This document shows positions 1-10,120 of a stretch of 64,000 bases of DNA, one piece after another (the stretch's first letter is position 1; every line of letters starts with the position of its first letter). Source of the DNA: Opitutales bacterium (GTDB lineage Bacteria; Verrucomicrobiota; Verrucomicrobiia; Opitutales; UBA953); assembly GCA_044361555.1 (NCBI GenBank), contig JBIKIO010000001.1, positions 8,393-72,392 on the forward strand, read 5' to 3'. The position numbers were made by a program, and so were the translations under genes. A model generated the notes under the pieces. That model did no database searches, was not told the DNA's origin, and saw only the letters and a list, made by a program, of their open reading frames with translations.

Positions 1-3000
1 AGCCATCCCGAAGGGTTGCCCGATGAAGGCGCATGTCGGACGAACAAGTCGCCGCCAGCCGTCTTGATGGTAAGGACCCGGTCGGACGCTAGCTGATTGA
101 ATCTGATGACATCAAGCCCGACATAACTAACCACGGCCGGACCGCGATCTCGCTCGCGCAATGAGACGCGCATTTCGAAATCTCCCTCCTTATTGGATAA
201 GAATTCCGTTTTCGTGCCGGAGAGCACGCCTGCAGGACGATGGCAAGGTTCACACGTCACCAACATGCGCCTACCGGTGTCATAGGCGAGGTTTTCGGAT
301 TCTCCAAAGTCGACTAACGTGCGCAGGTCCTTGTCAGAGACGGCGAAACGAGCATCGCCCCTAGCCGAACCGTCGACCCTGCCCTGACCGCTCCCCCAAC
401 GGACGGCATCCAGGACGCTCGACGAGGCGACGAGCACGAGCCTGTCATCATTCACGAACATGAGGTTCTGCTCGTAGCCATCAAAACCGATGACGGTATC
501 CACGTAAGGCACCCCCTGTGGATCCAAGACTGATTCCATCCCCTTAAGGACGTCGAATTTTCCATCCTTCCAGACGACCTTCCAAGCTCCGCAATCCCGA
601 TTAAGGACCGGCAGGGAGTCCTCGGGCAGATTGAGCTTCGGCCTGAACACCCGTCCGTCTGCCACGTTAGTGAATGATCCAGATGTCAGATTCCTGATAC
701 CATAGGCGTCCTCCAAAGCCACGACGTCATCCGATAAGGAGACTGCCGTGAAGTCCACGGACGGATACACTCCCAGTTTCATGGGAATGCCCCCTAGGTT
801 GAAGCGGAATAGACCGGCACCTGGACGAACGAGGGAAAGACCACCCTCTACCGGATAGGCTTCCTGCTTATCCGTCACGCTTCCGTCAGAAAGCGACGAC
901 AACTGAAGCACGCGGCTCGCATCAGAGGACTGCAGGACGACCTCCTGGTGAGAACCATCAGCCCAGCGGATTCGCGAACGGTCGGCGGCCTCGATGAAAC
1001 GACCAGCCAAAAGCTCCCCAGCGGCACCGTAAAGGGAAACCCAAGCCCCCCCGCACGACTGCAAGATGAGATCGCCTCCAGCGAGGCGCACCGCAGCTAA
1101 AGGCTCACCTTGAGGCGTCGTCCATCCGTCCAACTGCTCCCACTTGTGCAGAGGAAGGAACACGCCAGGACGGACTTCTATCCGATTTTCTGGAACAAGG
1201 CTGCAACTGAACTTACCACTAACGAAATCTCCGGTGGCGGGATCTACCGGGCGCATTTCCTCCGCTAAGAAGGATGTCTGCCCTAGGAAGACATCACCCA
1301 CGAAAGAGTCCTCAGGGAGCTCATAAAGAGACAGGATGTTCGCTAAAGAGGAGTGTTCGCCCGAAGGCATCACCATGACGCCCTTAAGCGACGAGTAAGT
1401 AGAGAAGGAAAATGTCTTGGCTCTTACGCTCCTTAGGCAGATACGCGCAGGATCATCGATGTCGAAAAGCTTTCCATTCGCATAGCTGCCTATCTGGGCG
1501 AACTTCCGAGTACCGCCAGAAGTCGTCATGCCAAGCACAAGCCCTTCCGAGGCGGACCATGCCACGGAAACCTTGCCTTCCTTTATCCACCATTCCGACT
1601 TGATCACAGGGCCGACAAGACGTGTTGCCGCTGGCGCATCAAGCGTGAGTTCAGGCTTACCTGCATCCTCAGGAACCTTGAGATACAACTGGGACAGAAG
1701 AGATGACTTGCCTGCCTCGAAAAAGATGGCACCGCCGGATACCTTGGGATTCGAAAACTCCCCTAGGTGAGGAAGCCGGGCGCCCTTCTCGACGTACAGA
1801 GAGATCATCTGTTCAGGCGACGTTTTAACCTTAAGGGAATAAGCCTCGGTCTTGGAACGGACGAAGACCATCGAATTACCAAGCGCATCAGACCTGCGCA
1901 GCGTCTCAGCAGGCACGTGCCTGGGAGGTAACGTCGTCTCGTGACGTCGTGGGATCCCGCCCTCGGTGCCGACAGAATACCAAATCTGCTTGGTGCCTTC
2001 CGTCATGCGGGACTTGTAGGCGACCCGCCCGGAAGGCAAAGCCCGATAATCGTCGAACAAAGGCGAAGGCAGGTCGCAGGCTAAGGCGACAGGGTCGCTG
2101 CGGCAGGGAACCTCATCCCATCCTGATCCCGTCGAACTAGAAATCTTGCCACGTTCGAATGCCCAAGAGGCGCCCGCATCCTTGGGAATCTCACCGAATG
2201 AGCGCAAGGGCGACTCCCCCATCTTCGTGGCGGATACGGCACCGGACTTGAAACCTAGGCCATACCAGGTGGAGCCAGCCCTGACGAAGGCCTTCCCGTC
2301 GACCGAAAGAACCATGTCCGCTCGACCGGAGGTGACACCTAGTTCGACCTCCATGAGCGGACCTAAGCCGCCGGTGAGCCAATCCCTGGCGAACACTCTT
2401 CCCGTCTGGGCACTGATGCTGATCAGGAAGTGACGGCCGTCTTCTGAAAGCGTGGCGGCGGATTGATGATGGTCGGCCTCGATGCCTCCCCCGGACACGA
2501 ACGAGATAGGCTTGGCGATTCCGTCATGCCGTACCACCAAAGAACCTGATTGCCAATCAAAGGCATAGCCGCCCGACCGGATGGCCTTGATCAAGGGGTT
2601 TGCTTTGAATCCTCCATCCGGAGCCAGCTCGGCACGCAGCACCCTTCGCTCGCCTTCTGCCGGAACATGCAAGACAGCCTTCTCGGGATCTTTCGCTCGG
2701 TTGAACTGGAGCAGAAGCGAGTCGCCCGATCCGACCTTAAGGACTGGATCCGGTTCCGCATCGTCGATGATCCAACCATCCGGCGAAGCCGACAGCGGAT
2801 ATCTGGATGCCAGCATGAGCGTGAAACCATCAATAAATCGACGCGCCTTTAGGCGATCGATATCGACGGACAGCCTATCGGGAGACTCGGCGTACTGCCC
2901 TTCAGGAGGCGGGAGGGACGCGGGTATTCCGTCAGCATCAAGCAGGCGGCGCCGGCCAGCATCCTCCAAAGCCACAGACAAAACCCCGTCTCCGGAGGGC

Positions 3001-6000
3001 TTGAAATAGACGAAACGCGCGTCTTGACCCACCTTATCCAGATAAGTCCTCACTCCGGAAACAAGGTCCCTCTTCCACACGCCGCCCTGGTCGTCAATCT
3101 GCACGGCGACCGATGACCCGATAACAGCGAGATGCCTTACCAGGTCGGCTTCGGCAGGAACCTCCGCCGCCGTCCTCCTCCGCAGGAGGCGAATTCTCTG
3201 TCCTTTGAAATCCGCATAAACGTGATCTTGGAGGAAGGAAACTGATTCCTCGGGTAGAAGCTTCGTGAAATCGGGGTGAATCAAGGACATCTCCGCAACC
3301 TGCGGACAGTCCACCATGACCGGGACGACCTCTTCTGACACGCCATCAAATGCGACCTTCCTGACCATGATGACAAGCCGGCCGTTATCGATCCGCAAAG
3401 GAGTCCCGGCCGCTGGAACCTGACCCGAAGCATAACCGCTCTCATGCAGATACTCGCCCGCCACCTTGACCCATCCGCGTGGAGCCCGGTCGGGCTTCAA
3501 AGTTCGGCCAAGATAAGAATAATCATAGCCGGAAATTGCCATGGAAACTTCGCCTTCGTCTGAGATAACAATCCTCTGGATGAACGTCGCGGAATCGGTG
3601 ACGACGAAACCTTCCGGCCCTTCGTAGAAATCCAGATCGGAGCGCTTCGCCGGCAAAGGCAGGTCGAAATCATGCCGACGCCCCCTGCTCCTGACATGAA
3701 GGGTCGCCGACTTTGAGCCCGGAGAGGCAAAGAGCAAGGTGGCGTCCTGGCCTAACGAATAAGTCGACGCTTGTTCCGTGAAGACGACCATCCTCCGCGT
3801 CCATCCGTCGATCTCAGACCTGACACTCGTCGCTCCGGAACGAAGCCCCGACTTACCGGACGCATCAGACCTCACCTCGACCAAAGATCCGGAAAGTGAG
3901 ACGCCCATCGCCTGCCCTCTCTGGACAGAACCTGTCGGCAGACCGTCGGCGCCAAGGCCGACGGTATCTGCATTGCGCTCATCAACGAGATAAAGACGAC
4001 CGTCCCTTCCCTTCCGGATGGATGAAGCCGTGAAGGCGGAAGGCAGTTCAGGTTCGGACCATTCGCCTCGATCCAAGTCATAACGATACAGCTTTTCATG
4101 CTCGACATGAGCGAGGTTCCGGGCGCGCACGATGGTAGCGCCCGACGCAAGCAGCAGGTCCTTGCCGGGAGAGGTTCTTACGGAAAAATCAATGGGCACG
4201 TCAGACGACGTGGAAGCGCCTTTGATCCAAGTCCTGCCACCGGTTGCGGTAGGCTTGAAAACAGCCAGATACCCAGGCGAAACAGCCAGCTTGACGGGCC
4301 CGAGCTCCCGTAACGGCGAGGGCAAAGGCACGGTGCCCTCGCCCAGGAAATAGTGGTCATCGGCCTGGGCGGAGGCGGTGACGACGCCGCCTGAGCGCGG
4401 GAACAGCACATCAGCCTGCCCGAACTTAGTGAACTTGTCGGTGCCCAGATCTACGCTCACCAAGGAGCCATCGATATTCATCGCAAGCTTACCTTCGGCC
4501 TTGAGATGGAGGACTCCTGATATCACGCCTTTACGCGAACGCGACAACGAGGGTAGTTCGGTCTTTGAGAGGGAGATGCCACCGAGGGGACTGGCCCCCG
4601 AGACAAAACCGGCTTCAATCCATCGAAGCTGGCCCGCCATGATCACGGGTGAGATGGCGCGCTCGGAAATTACCTCCACATCGCCATGCGTCCTGGAGAC
4701 CCTGCCAAGCACGCGTCCATCCCGGATGAACGGAAGATCGCCAGGCGATTCAGTAGCATACATGAAATCGACGTCCTCACCGAAAGGACGCCCCATAGAC
4801 GTGCCATCCTCCGCCTTGATGAATCCTAGCATCGAATCGACTCCTGACGACGGGTCATAGAACGCGATGCCGGCTCCGGAAGAGCGAGAGAGCACCAGTA
4901 ATCCGGCGTCAAGGGGATGGACCCGTGCCCTCCCCCCGAGAGTCGTCCCTCCCCCGAAGACCTGCCCTTCGCTGCCATCATACGAGACAAGTTTGTTACC
5001 GCCGGCGATTTTGAAGACGGATGACGCCCCACCCGCCGGAACAAATACGGGGACGTCCAGGCCGTTGGTGATCCTGAAACTGGAATCCGGCTCCCTTGTG
5101 ACCAATGAAAACTCCAGCTTATCGGTCAGAGTATAACATCCGAGCCCACCCGCGGGAGCGACCTTACCAAGACTACCGACGGGACGGAACCAATCCGCGC
5201 TGCTCCAGGCGATACGGGTAAAGCCGGGGCGCTGATCCTGACCAGGCGCATCCGGGCGATGATGGATACCACCGTCGACCGAAAGAATGAGATGTCCCTC
5301 ATAGGAATAGGCGGCGACCACTTTCGCCTTCGAGGCAGGCGATTCGCCGCTCCTCGTATCACCGATGATCCTGGCCTGGAGCAATCCTCCGGAGGATCCC
5401 GCCATCCACATGTCACCGGAGTTTGAACTCATCACGGCCATCTCTCCGAGGGTATGAAGCCCGCTGAGACCTTTGCCCACCGGCGCGCTCGCGTCGAATA
5501 CTCCGGCCAGACGGGACTCACCCTTGATATCGGCGATCCCCACGAGACGAGAACCGACGTTGGCGATCACTCCGAACGACGGCCCGTCGATCGATACGAA
5601 CTGATCGTCTTCATCTAAAGTGAGGACCTTACCCCCGCCCATCGGCAGGAATGCGACCCCGGCCTCGCTTTCTTCGATCATGGCTACTCCGAGTCTGACA
5701 CCGTCCGGCTTCACCGGGGCGAATAACCTTCTCGTCGAGCCGTCTCCCAGGCTGAAGGTGAACAGTGCGTTGTTTTCGTTGGTGGCTACGTAGGCCTGTC
5801 CGGAGGCGGCACCGCTCGACAAGGCACCGACCTTGGCGAACTGGGCGGACTTATCTGAGCTGAGTGCGTAGAGATTATGCCGGTCATCAGCCCACCAAGC
5901 GATGCTGGAGGCGCCGGAAGCAGACCTGATTTCATCAGATAATATGCGGTAGCCTGCGAGGTCGCCAGGGACTCGCTCCATGAGCTTATCCCAAGTCCGG

Positions 6001-9000
6001 CTCATGGGGTCGTAAGACCAGAATGAATCCGAAGTCGGAAAAACGAACCCCCTGCCAGCGACCGGCACCACCGCGTCGGGACTAGGCAGGTCGCCCCTTG
6101 GGACGACCGCAGCAGGCTGCCAGAGCAAACGCTCCTGAGGGCCGGCCGAGGACGGAATGATCTGCGATATGCGGAGCACGTCTCCGTCATGCTTCTCCCC
6201 TCCGCGCTGCCGGATGACAGTACCGCCTTCGGCGACGTTGACGATGCTCGTCCACTGTCCCGGGAAGGACGACGTCCTCCAGACATCATCCTCAAGACCA
6301 CGGAAGACAAGGCTGTGAGTATCGTTGAGCGCGACGACGGAGCCGAAAGCAAGCCCGCCGTCCGGCCGATCAATCCGGGAACGTAGCAGGGAGTTGACGT
6401 AGATCCGGCCGCCGACACGTCCCGGCGCCTGCTGCACCCAGCTACTGTCCTGCCTCAGATGATTCTGCAGACGCCAGATCGAACCGAGACGAGGAGCATC
6501 TTCAGGCTGAGAATCCTCCTTGGGTTCCTGGAAATACAGCTCCGGCCCAGTAATCGTGTCGCTCAGGCCGATGGGTTTGGCGCCACCGGAAGGCATCACC
6601 GTCGAGACGGGGAGAATGGCTTTCGCAGGCGTGGATGATACGCCAAGCGAATCCAATGACATCTCGTAGACACCCAAATTTGATGACACCAGGAACTTCG
6701 ACGCATCGCCCGACTGGGAGACATCGCTGATCTTTAAACCCTTGGCTTTCGCCAAGATGTCAGAGGACATTTCTAGAGGCAGCAGCTCCCGGCCCGCGTT
6801 CACGAGACCGTGCCTGCCTTGATCATGCTTCAACCATCGGCCCGCAGAATCGAACTGATATGTAAGGCCACCTGCCTTGGAGACACCTACGACGTCCGCC
6901 AAGTTGAAATCGCTGGACAGGAAAGCGGAGGACTGCACGGGATCAGGCCACTCCGCTCGTATCGTATCGAGCGCAAGACCGACGAATTCACGGAGAGCGA
7001 TGAGGCGCACTTCGGATCTTTCCCCGTCGGCGCTGGCGAGCACTACCTGATGTGAGCCAACATGGATCGAACGAAGGCGCGAATCTGGTTTGGGTAGCTG
7101 CATCTGCCGGGCGGCAGCGGTGGCAGGATCCCGATGCGACAGCAGGTCAATCCTCCCGGCATATGGCACGATGAGATAACCCACTTCGTCCACGCAGAAG
7201 GCATGGATTTCCCCGAGATACCCCTCTTCGACGGAGGTGACTTCCAACCAAGGCATAGGAAGCTCCGCCTGCAGGGAATCCCTGGGTATGGTCCGGACGT
7301 ATATCTTACCGCCTTTCACCATCCAGAGGACGTCATTCAAGGCCGAGTCTGTCCTACGGCTGATGGCCAGAGCCTCCGCGGAGGCGAGTCCTCCGTTGTC
7401 CCTCGCGCCCGGAGGCGAACCAGCCTTGAGGACCCACTTATCATCCACTCCGAAGTGAACGGTGGAACGACTCGCATCCAGACACCAAAGGTGAGCGCCG
7501 TCATGGTAGATACTCGAAGGGGCAACTTGTGTATCCGGATCAAACGACTTGAAGGAAAAGCCACCTCCTGCACCACGGACGACTTCACTTACGACATTCT
7601 TTCCTTCCTTCTTATGAAGAATCCACGCACGACCGGCCACGCTCTTGCTTCCGCAGGCGCCGATGATCTCCGAAGGCGAATTAGCAACGGCGACCAGCAC
7701 TCTCCGCGCGGCATCATAATAAAGCAGACCACGTCTGAACACGAACAAGGCGTCCGAGCCGACGTTGATCATGGTGATGGGCGGCTCGGCGGTAAGCGCA
7801 GCATGGTCGACCGAGGACAGGCCGATGATCGGAGACCCCCTGCCCTCGCGGATGAAATCTAAACCCTTCGCACCGTATAGCCCTTCGGTGGCGGCCACGA
7901 AAGATCCGTCCGACAAAGCTACGACATCGGAGAGTTCATTGGATGAAAGCCCATCAGGCACCCCGATGCGCCGGACCGAGTAGTTCCTCACATCGATGGT
8001 CAGCAGTCCTTGCTGTGCCGTCGCTACGGCGAGCCCGGAACCATCCGAGGAAAGATCGAGGGATCTCGCGGCAGCATGGATGCGCTCGTCAGGCCCGAAT
8101 AGATCGTTGAACGGCTTCTTTAAGGAAAGCCAGAAAGGCGAACTTAGCAGCAGGAACAAGGCGGTCAGCGCGAGGACGAGCGAAGCAAAGGCGTTCGTCA
8201 CGCTGATCCTACCCACCCCAGGCTCGGCATCTTCCGAAAGAGCAACGGTCTGCAGCGACTTGAAGGCTTCCATTCCCTTGGCGAAGTTCTCCCACTGCAG
8301 CGGGGAGGCCTGCATGAGGTCAGCCCATGAGGTTTCGGGGTAATCCTTGGATTTGAATCCTGCCTGGGCCGAGGTCATCAGCAACCTCGCAACGACAGGC
8401 CCCTTCTGCGCCTCACTGAAACCACCAGATTGGAGCTGACGGCGAAAAGCCACGGTGAGGCAAAGGGCCAGTTGCATCGGACTCAGCCCGGATTTCTTCC
8501 ATTCGAGAGCGCCAGTTTTCTCTGACCCGTAGACGGAGGCGAACTCCAGCGGCAGATGCTCGGCCGCCAGCTGGGCGGTGAGCATGAAGGCGAATTGCGA
8601 CTTTCTGGATACGAAACCGGGCTTCCTGAAGCCAAGGACATGACGATCGAAGTCCGATCGCAGGTCCCGAAGTGAGATCTTTGCGTCGGGAGCATACCAA
8701 GAAACTGCGGCCTGCATCTCTTTGCCGCCGGCGGGGTCGTCCCTATGCACGACGAGCATGATGTCCTTGGCGTCGTCGAGAAGAGGCATCAGTACCTTTG
8801 CGCGTAGCGCGAGGACGGATGCCTCGGAAGCCGCCCCTCGGACACGGGACGAAAGCCGGAGGAAAGCCTTCAGGAGCACGGACCAGCGATTATAGAACTC
8901 CGCCGGCCAGCGCTCCGCGACGTCGCGTCCACCGATCTCGCTGTCCTTCGCGCCGGACATCCGCGATGCAAGGATGATACGATGCAAGGCGATCTCGTGC

Positions 9001-9692
9001 GTTAGCGCCGAGGCATAGCGCAGGAAGCCGGCTTCGGAGGGCTGAGCATCACAGTCTGCCCCGAGCCGTTCGGCGACGAATCGGAATTCGACTTCGATCG
9101 CCCGGCTACGTGTACGTCTCAAGCCGAGGATACGCTGGCATCGTTCCCTGACGGACAATATGAGCCTCGCACCGAGGACAGGCGGCGGGAGCTTGGCCCG
9201 AGCGGGGTCGACGTCCAGCATCCGCGCATAGGCGGATAAGAGATGCGTCCGGCCGGTCGGCGCGGCGGCGAGCGACCTGGCGATGGCGGTGATCACGAGG
9301 TCGGCGACGAAAGCGCGTCCGGCGAGGACCGACGCAAAGCATGCGAGCAGTGACAGGTAGGCGCGGTCATCCCGGATCGCCAGGTCACAGAAGGCCAAGA
9401 AGAAGAAGGCGAGCACGACCGCGCCCGATAAGCATATGAGATGGACCGCAGCCCAGAAAGGCGAACGAGCCCTGCTCGGATCGCACAAGAAAAGCGGGCC
9501 GACGATTGATACGACGCAGACGACGAACCAGTCATGCAGGACGATCGTCGCGAGGAATTCGCGGCACGAAGGGATGGACAAGAGCGCAAGCAGCCCGGCA
9601 AGGACCGAAAGCACGGAAAGCAGATAGATCCGAGGCATGACGATGCCCCGTCGTTTCATGAAAGCATCGAACTGGGTGAGATAATGGTTCAT
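1..9692 (-). CDS. Giant membrane-anchored protein, >3,230 aa; C-terminal end runs off the window (partial)
   Basis: Absent from the ORF track because no stop lies inside the window. A minus-strand ATG at 9692-9690 sits 2 nt after the TGA (9697-9695) of the upstream gene. Hand translation begins MNHYLTQFDAFMKRRGIVMPRIYLLSVLSVLAGLLALLSIP. I spot-checked this frame at 1-60, 2100-2160, 3480-3540, 5100-5160, 6780-6840, 8160-8220 and 8700-8760 and saw no stop. The track lists no minus ORF in this frame anywhere in 1-9692, and the other five frames are broken into pieces of <=242 aa. There are hydrophobic helices near the N-terminus (about 9400-9640) and another, AFASLVLALTALFLLLSSPFWLSL (about 8125-8195). 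After that comes a very long G/S/D/V-rich region that looks beta-rich. Confidence 0.75.
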   Translation of the reverse strand, partial: MNHYLTQFDAFMKRRGIVMPRIYLLSVLSVLAGLLALLSIPSCREFLATIVLHDWFVVCVVSIVGPLFLCDPSRARSPFWAAVHLICLSGAVVLAFFFLAFCDLAIRDDRAYLSLLACFASVLAGRAFVADLVITAIARSLAAAPTGRTHLLSAYARMLDVDPARAKLPPPVLGARLILSVRERCQRILGLRRTRSRAIEVEFRFVAERLGADCDAQPSEAGFLRYASALTHEIALHRIILASRMSGAKDSEIGGRDVAERWPAEFYNRWSVLLKAFLRLSSRVRGAASEASVLALRAKVLMPLLDDAKDIMLVVHRDDPAGGKEMQAAVSWYAPDAKISLRDLRSDFDRHVLGFRKPGFVSRKSQFAFMLTAQLAAEHLPLEFASVYGSEKTGALEWKKSGLSPMQLALCLTVAFRRQLQSGGFSEAQKGPVVARLLMTSAQAGFKSKDYPETSWADLMQASPLQWENFAKGMEAFKSLQTVALSEDAEPGVGRISVTNAFASLVLALTALFLLLSSPFWLSLKKPFNDLFGPDERIHAAARSLDLSSDGSGLAVATAQQGLLTIDVRNYSVRRIGVPDGLSSNELSDVVALSDGSFVAATEGLYGAKGLDFIREGRGSPIIGLSSVDHAALTAEPPITMINVGSDALFVFRRGLLYYDAARRVLVAVANSPSEIIGACGSKSVAGRAWILHKKEGKNVVSEVVRGAGGGFSFKSFDPDTQVAPSSIYHDGAHLWCLDASRSTVHFGVDDKWVLKAGSPPGARDNGGLASAEALAISRRTDSALNDVLWMVKGGKIYVRTIPRDSLQAELPMPWLEVTSVEEGYLGEIHAFCVDEVGYLIVPYAGRIDLLSHRDPATAAARQMQLPKPDSRLRSIHVGSHQVVLASADGERSEVRLIALREFVGLALDTIRAEWPDPVQSSAFLSSDFNLADVVGVSKAGGLTYQFDSAGRWLKHDQGRHGLVNAGRELLPLEMSSDILAKAKGLKISDVSQSGDASKFLVSSNLGVYEMSLDSLGVSSTPAKAILPVSTVMPSGGAKPIGLSDTITGPELYFQEPKEDSQPEDAPRLGSIWRLQNHLRQDSSWVQQAPGRVGGRIYVNSLLRSRIDRPDGGLAFGSVVALNDTHSLVFRGLEDDVWRTSSFPGQWTSIVNVAEGGTVIRQRGGEKHDGDVLRISQIIPSSAGPQERLLWQPAAVVPRGDLPSPDAVVPVAGRGFVFPTSDSFWSYDPMSRTWDKLMERVPGDLAGYRILSDEIRSASGASSIAWWADDRHNLYALSSDKSAQFAKVGALSSGAASGQAYVATNENNALFTFSLGDGSTRRLFAPVKPDGVRLGVAMIEESEAGVAFLPMGGGKVLTLDEDDQFVSIDGPSFGVIANVGSRLVGIADIKGESRLAGVFDASAPVGKGLSGLHTLGEMAVMSSNSGDMWMAGSSGGLLQARIIGDTRSGESPASKAKVVAAYSYEGHLILSVDGGIHHRPDAPGQDQRPGFTRIAWSSADWFRPVGSLGKVAPAGGLGCYTLTDKLEFSLVTREPDSSFRITNGLDVPVFVPAGGASSVFKIAGGNKLVSYDGSEGQVFGGGTTLGGRARVHPLDAGLLVLSRSSGAGIAFYDPSSGVDSMLGFIKAEDGTSMGRPFGEDVDFMYATESPGDLPFIRDGRVLGRVSRTHGDVEVISERAISPVIMAGQLRWIEAGFVSGASPLGGISLSKTELPSLSRSRKGVISGVLHLKAEGKLAMNIDGSLVSVDLGTDKFTKFGQADVLFPRSGGVVTASAQADDHYFLGEGTVPLPSPLRELGPVKLAVSPGYLAVFKPTATGGRTWIKGASTSSDVPIDFSVRTSPGKDLLLASGATIVRARNLAHVEHEKLYRYDLDRGEWSEPELPSAFTASSIRKGRDGRLYLVDERNADTVGLGADGLPTGSVQRGQAMGVSLSGSLVEVRSDASGKSGLRSGATSVRSEIDGWTRRMVVFTEQASTYSLGQDATLLFASPGSKSATLHVRSRGRRHDFDLPLPAKRSDLDFYEGPEGFVVTDSATFIQRIVISDEGEVSMAISGYDYSYLGRTLKPDRAPRGWVKVAGEYLHESGYASGQVPAAGTPLRIDNGRLVIMVRKVAFDGVSEEVVPVMVDCPQVAEMSLIHPDFTKLLPEESVSFLQDHVYADFKGQRIRLLRRRTAAEVPAEADLVRHLAVIGSSVAVQIDDQGGVWKRDLVSGVRTYLDKVGQDARFVYFKPSGDGVLSVALEDAGRRRLLDADGIPASLPPPEGQYAESPDRLSVDIDRLKARRFIDGFTLMLASRYPLSASPDGWIIDDAEPDPVLKVGSGDSLLLQFNRAKDPEKAVLHVPAEGERRVLRAELAPDGGFKANPLIKAIRSGGYAFDWQSGSLVVRHDGIAKPISFVSGGGIEADHHQSAATLSEDGRHFLISISAQTGRVFARDWLTGGLGPLMEVELGVTSGRADMVLSVDGKAFVRAGSTWYGLGFKSGAVSATKMGESPLRSFGEIPKDAGASWAFERGKISSSTGSGWDEVPCRSDPVALACDLPSPLFDDYRALPSGRVAYKSRMTEGTKQIWYSVGTEGGIPRRHETTLPPRHVPAETLRRSDALGNSMVFVRSKTEAYSLKVKTSPEQMISLYVEKGARLPHLGEFSNPKVSGGAIFFEAGKSSLLSQLYLKVPEDAGKPELTLDAPAATRLVGPVIKSEWWIKEGKVSVAWSASEGLVLGMTTSGGTRKFAQIGSYANGKLFDIDDPARICLRSVRAKTFSFSTYSSLKGVMVMPSGEHSSLANILSLYELPEDSFVGDVFLGQTSFLAEEMRPVDPATGDFVSGKFSCSLVPENRIEVRPGVFLPLHKWEQLDGWTTPQGEPLAAVRLAGGDLILQSCGGAWVSLYGAAGELLAGRFIEAADRSRIRWADGSHQEVVLQSSDASRVLQLSSLSDGSVTDKQEAYPVEGGLSLVRPGAGLFRFNLGGIPMKLGVYPSVDFTAVSLSDDVVALEDAYGIRNLTSGSFTNVADGRVFRPKLNLPEDSLPVLNRDCGAWKVVWKDGKFDVLKGMESVLDPQGVPYVDTVIGFDGYEQNLMFVNDDRLVLVASSSVLDAVRWGSGQGRVDGSARGDARFAVSDKDLRTLVDFGESENLAYDTGRRMLVTCEPCHRPAGVLSGTKTEFLSNKEGDFEMRVSLRERDRGPAVVSYVGLDVIRFNQLASDRVLTIKTAGGDLFVRHAPSSGNPSGW

Positions 9693-9694
9693 CT

Positions 9695-10120
9695 TCACTT
9701 CGTCCGTAAATAGGTGCCGGCCGGGCCTGCCTCCATCCGAAGCAGCACACGTCTGAGCGCGTCTCTCCGTACGGTCACCTCCCCGGCGGAGGAAAGGACG
9801 GCGGAGGCGGCTGGGGTGGAAGACAAGCGCGAGAGCATGTCACGCTGAAATCGTTCCAACTCAGCCAGCTGGACACAATGAGCCTCGAGCCTCGACACGA
9901 TCAGCTCGCAGTTCTCAGTGATCTGCTCACGGGTCGCGGTGTCGGCTTCATCAATCTGCGCGACATGGGACCACAACGTCTCCTTGTCATCGAGGAAGGC
10001 GAGCCGGAGCTCGGCAAGATGTTCAGACCTATCAGACAGCCTTGCCAGAGAGTTTTCAAGCAAGTCGACCGTATCGCGGGCCTTCTTGATGGCAGCAGCA
10101 AGACTGACCGGGAGAATCAT
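9695..10120 (-). CDS. Hypothetical helical protein, 141 aa
   Basis: ATG 10120-10118 overlaps the upstream stop (ATGA at 10117-10120). Its own TGA (9697-9695) lies 2 nt before the giant ORF start. E/L/R-rich and helical; no recognisable motif. Confidence 0.7.
   Translation of the reverse strand: MILPVSLAAAIKKARDTVDLLENSLARLSDRSEHLAELRLAFLDDKETLWSHVAQIDEADTATREQITENCELIVSRLEAHCVQLAELERFQRDMLSRLSSTPAASAVLSSAGEVTVRRDALRRVLLRMEAGPAGTYLRTK

Noticed and set aside
7134-7862. The 242-aa plus-strand ORF, and all other 60-160-aa ORFs listed inside 1-9692
   Set aside because: They overlap the uninterrupted minus-strand giant ORF. They are short, R/P/S/G-rich and motif-free, which is typical of alternative-frame ORFs in GC-rich coding DNA.
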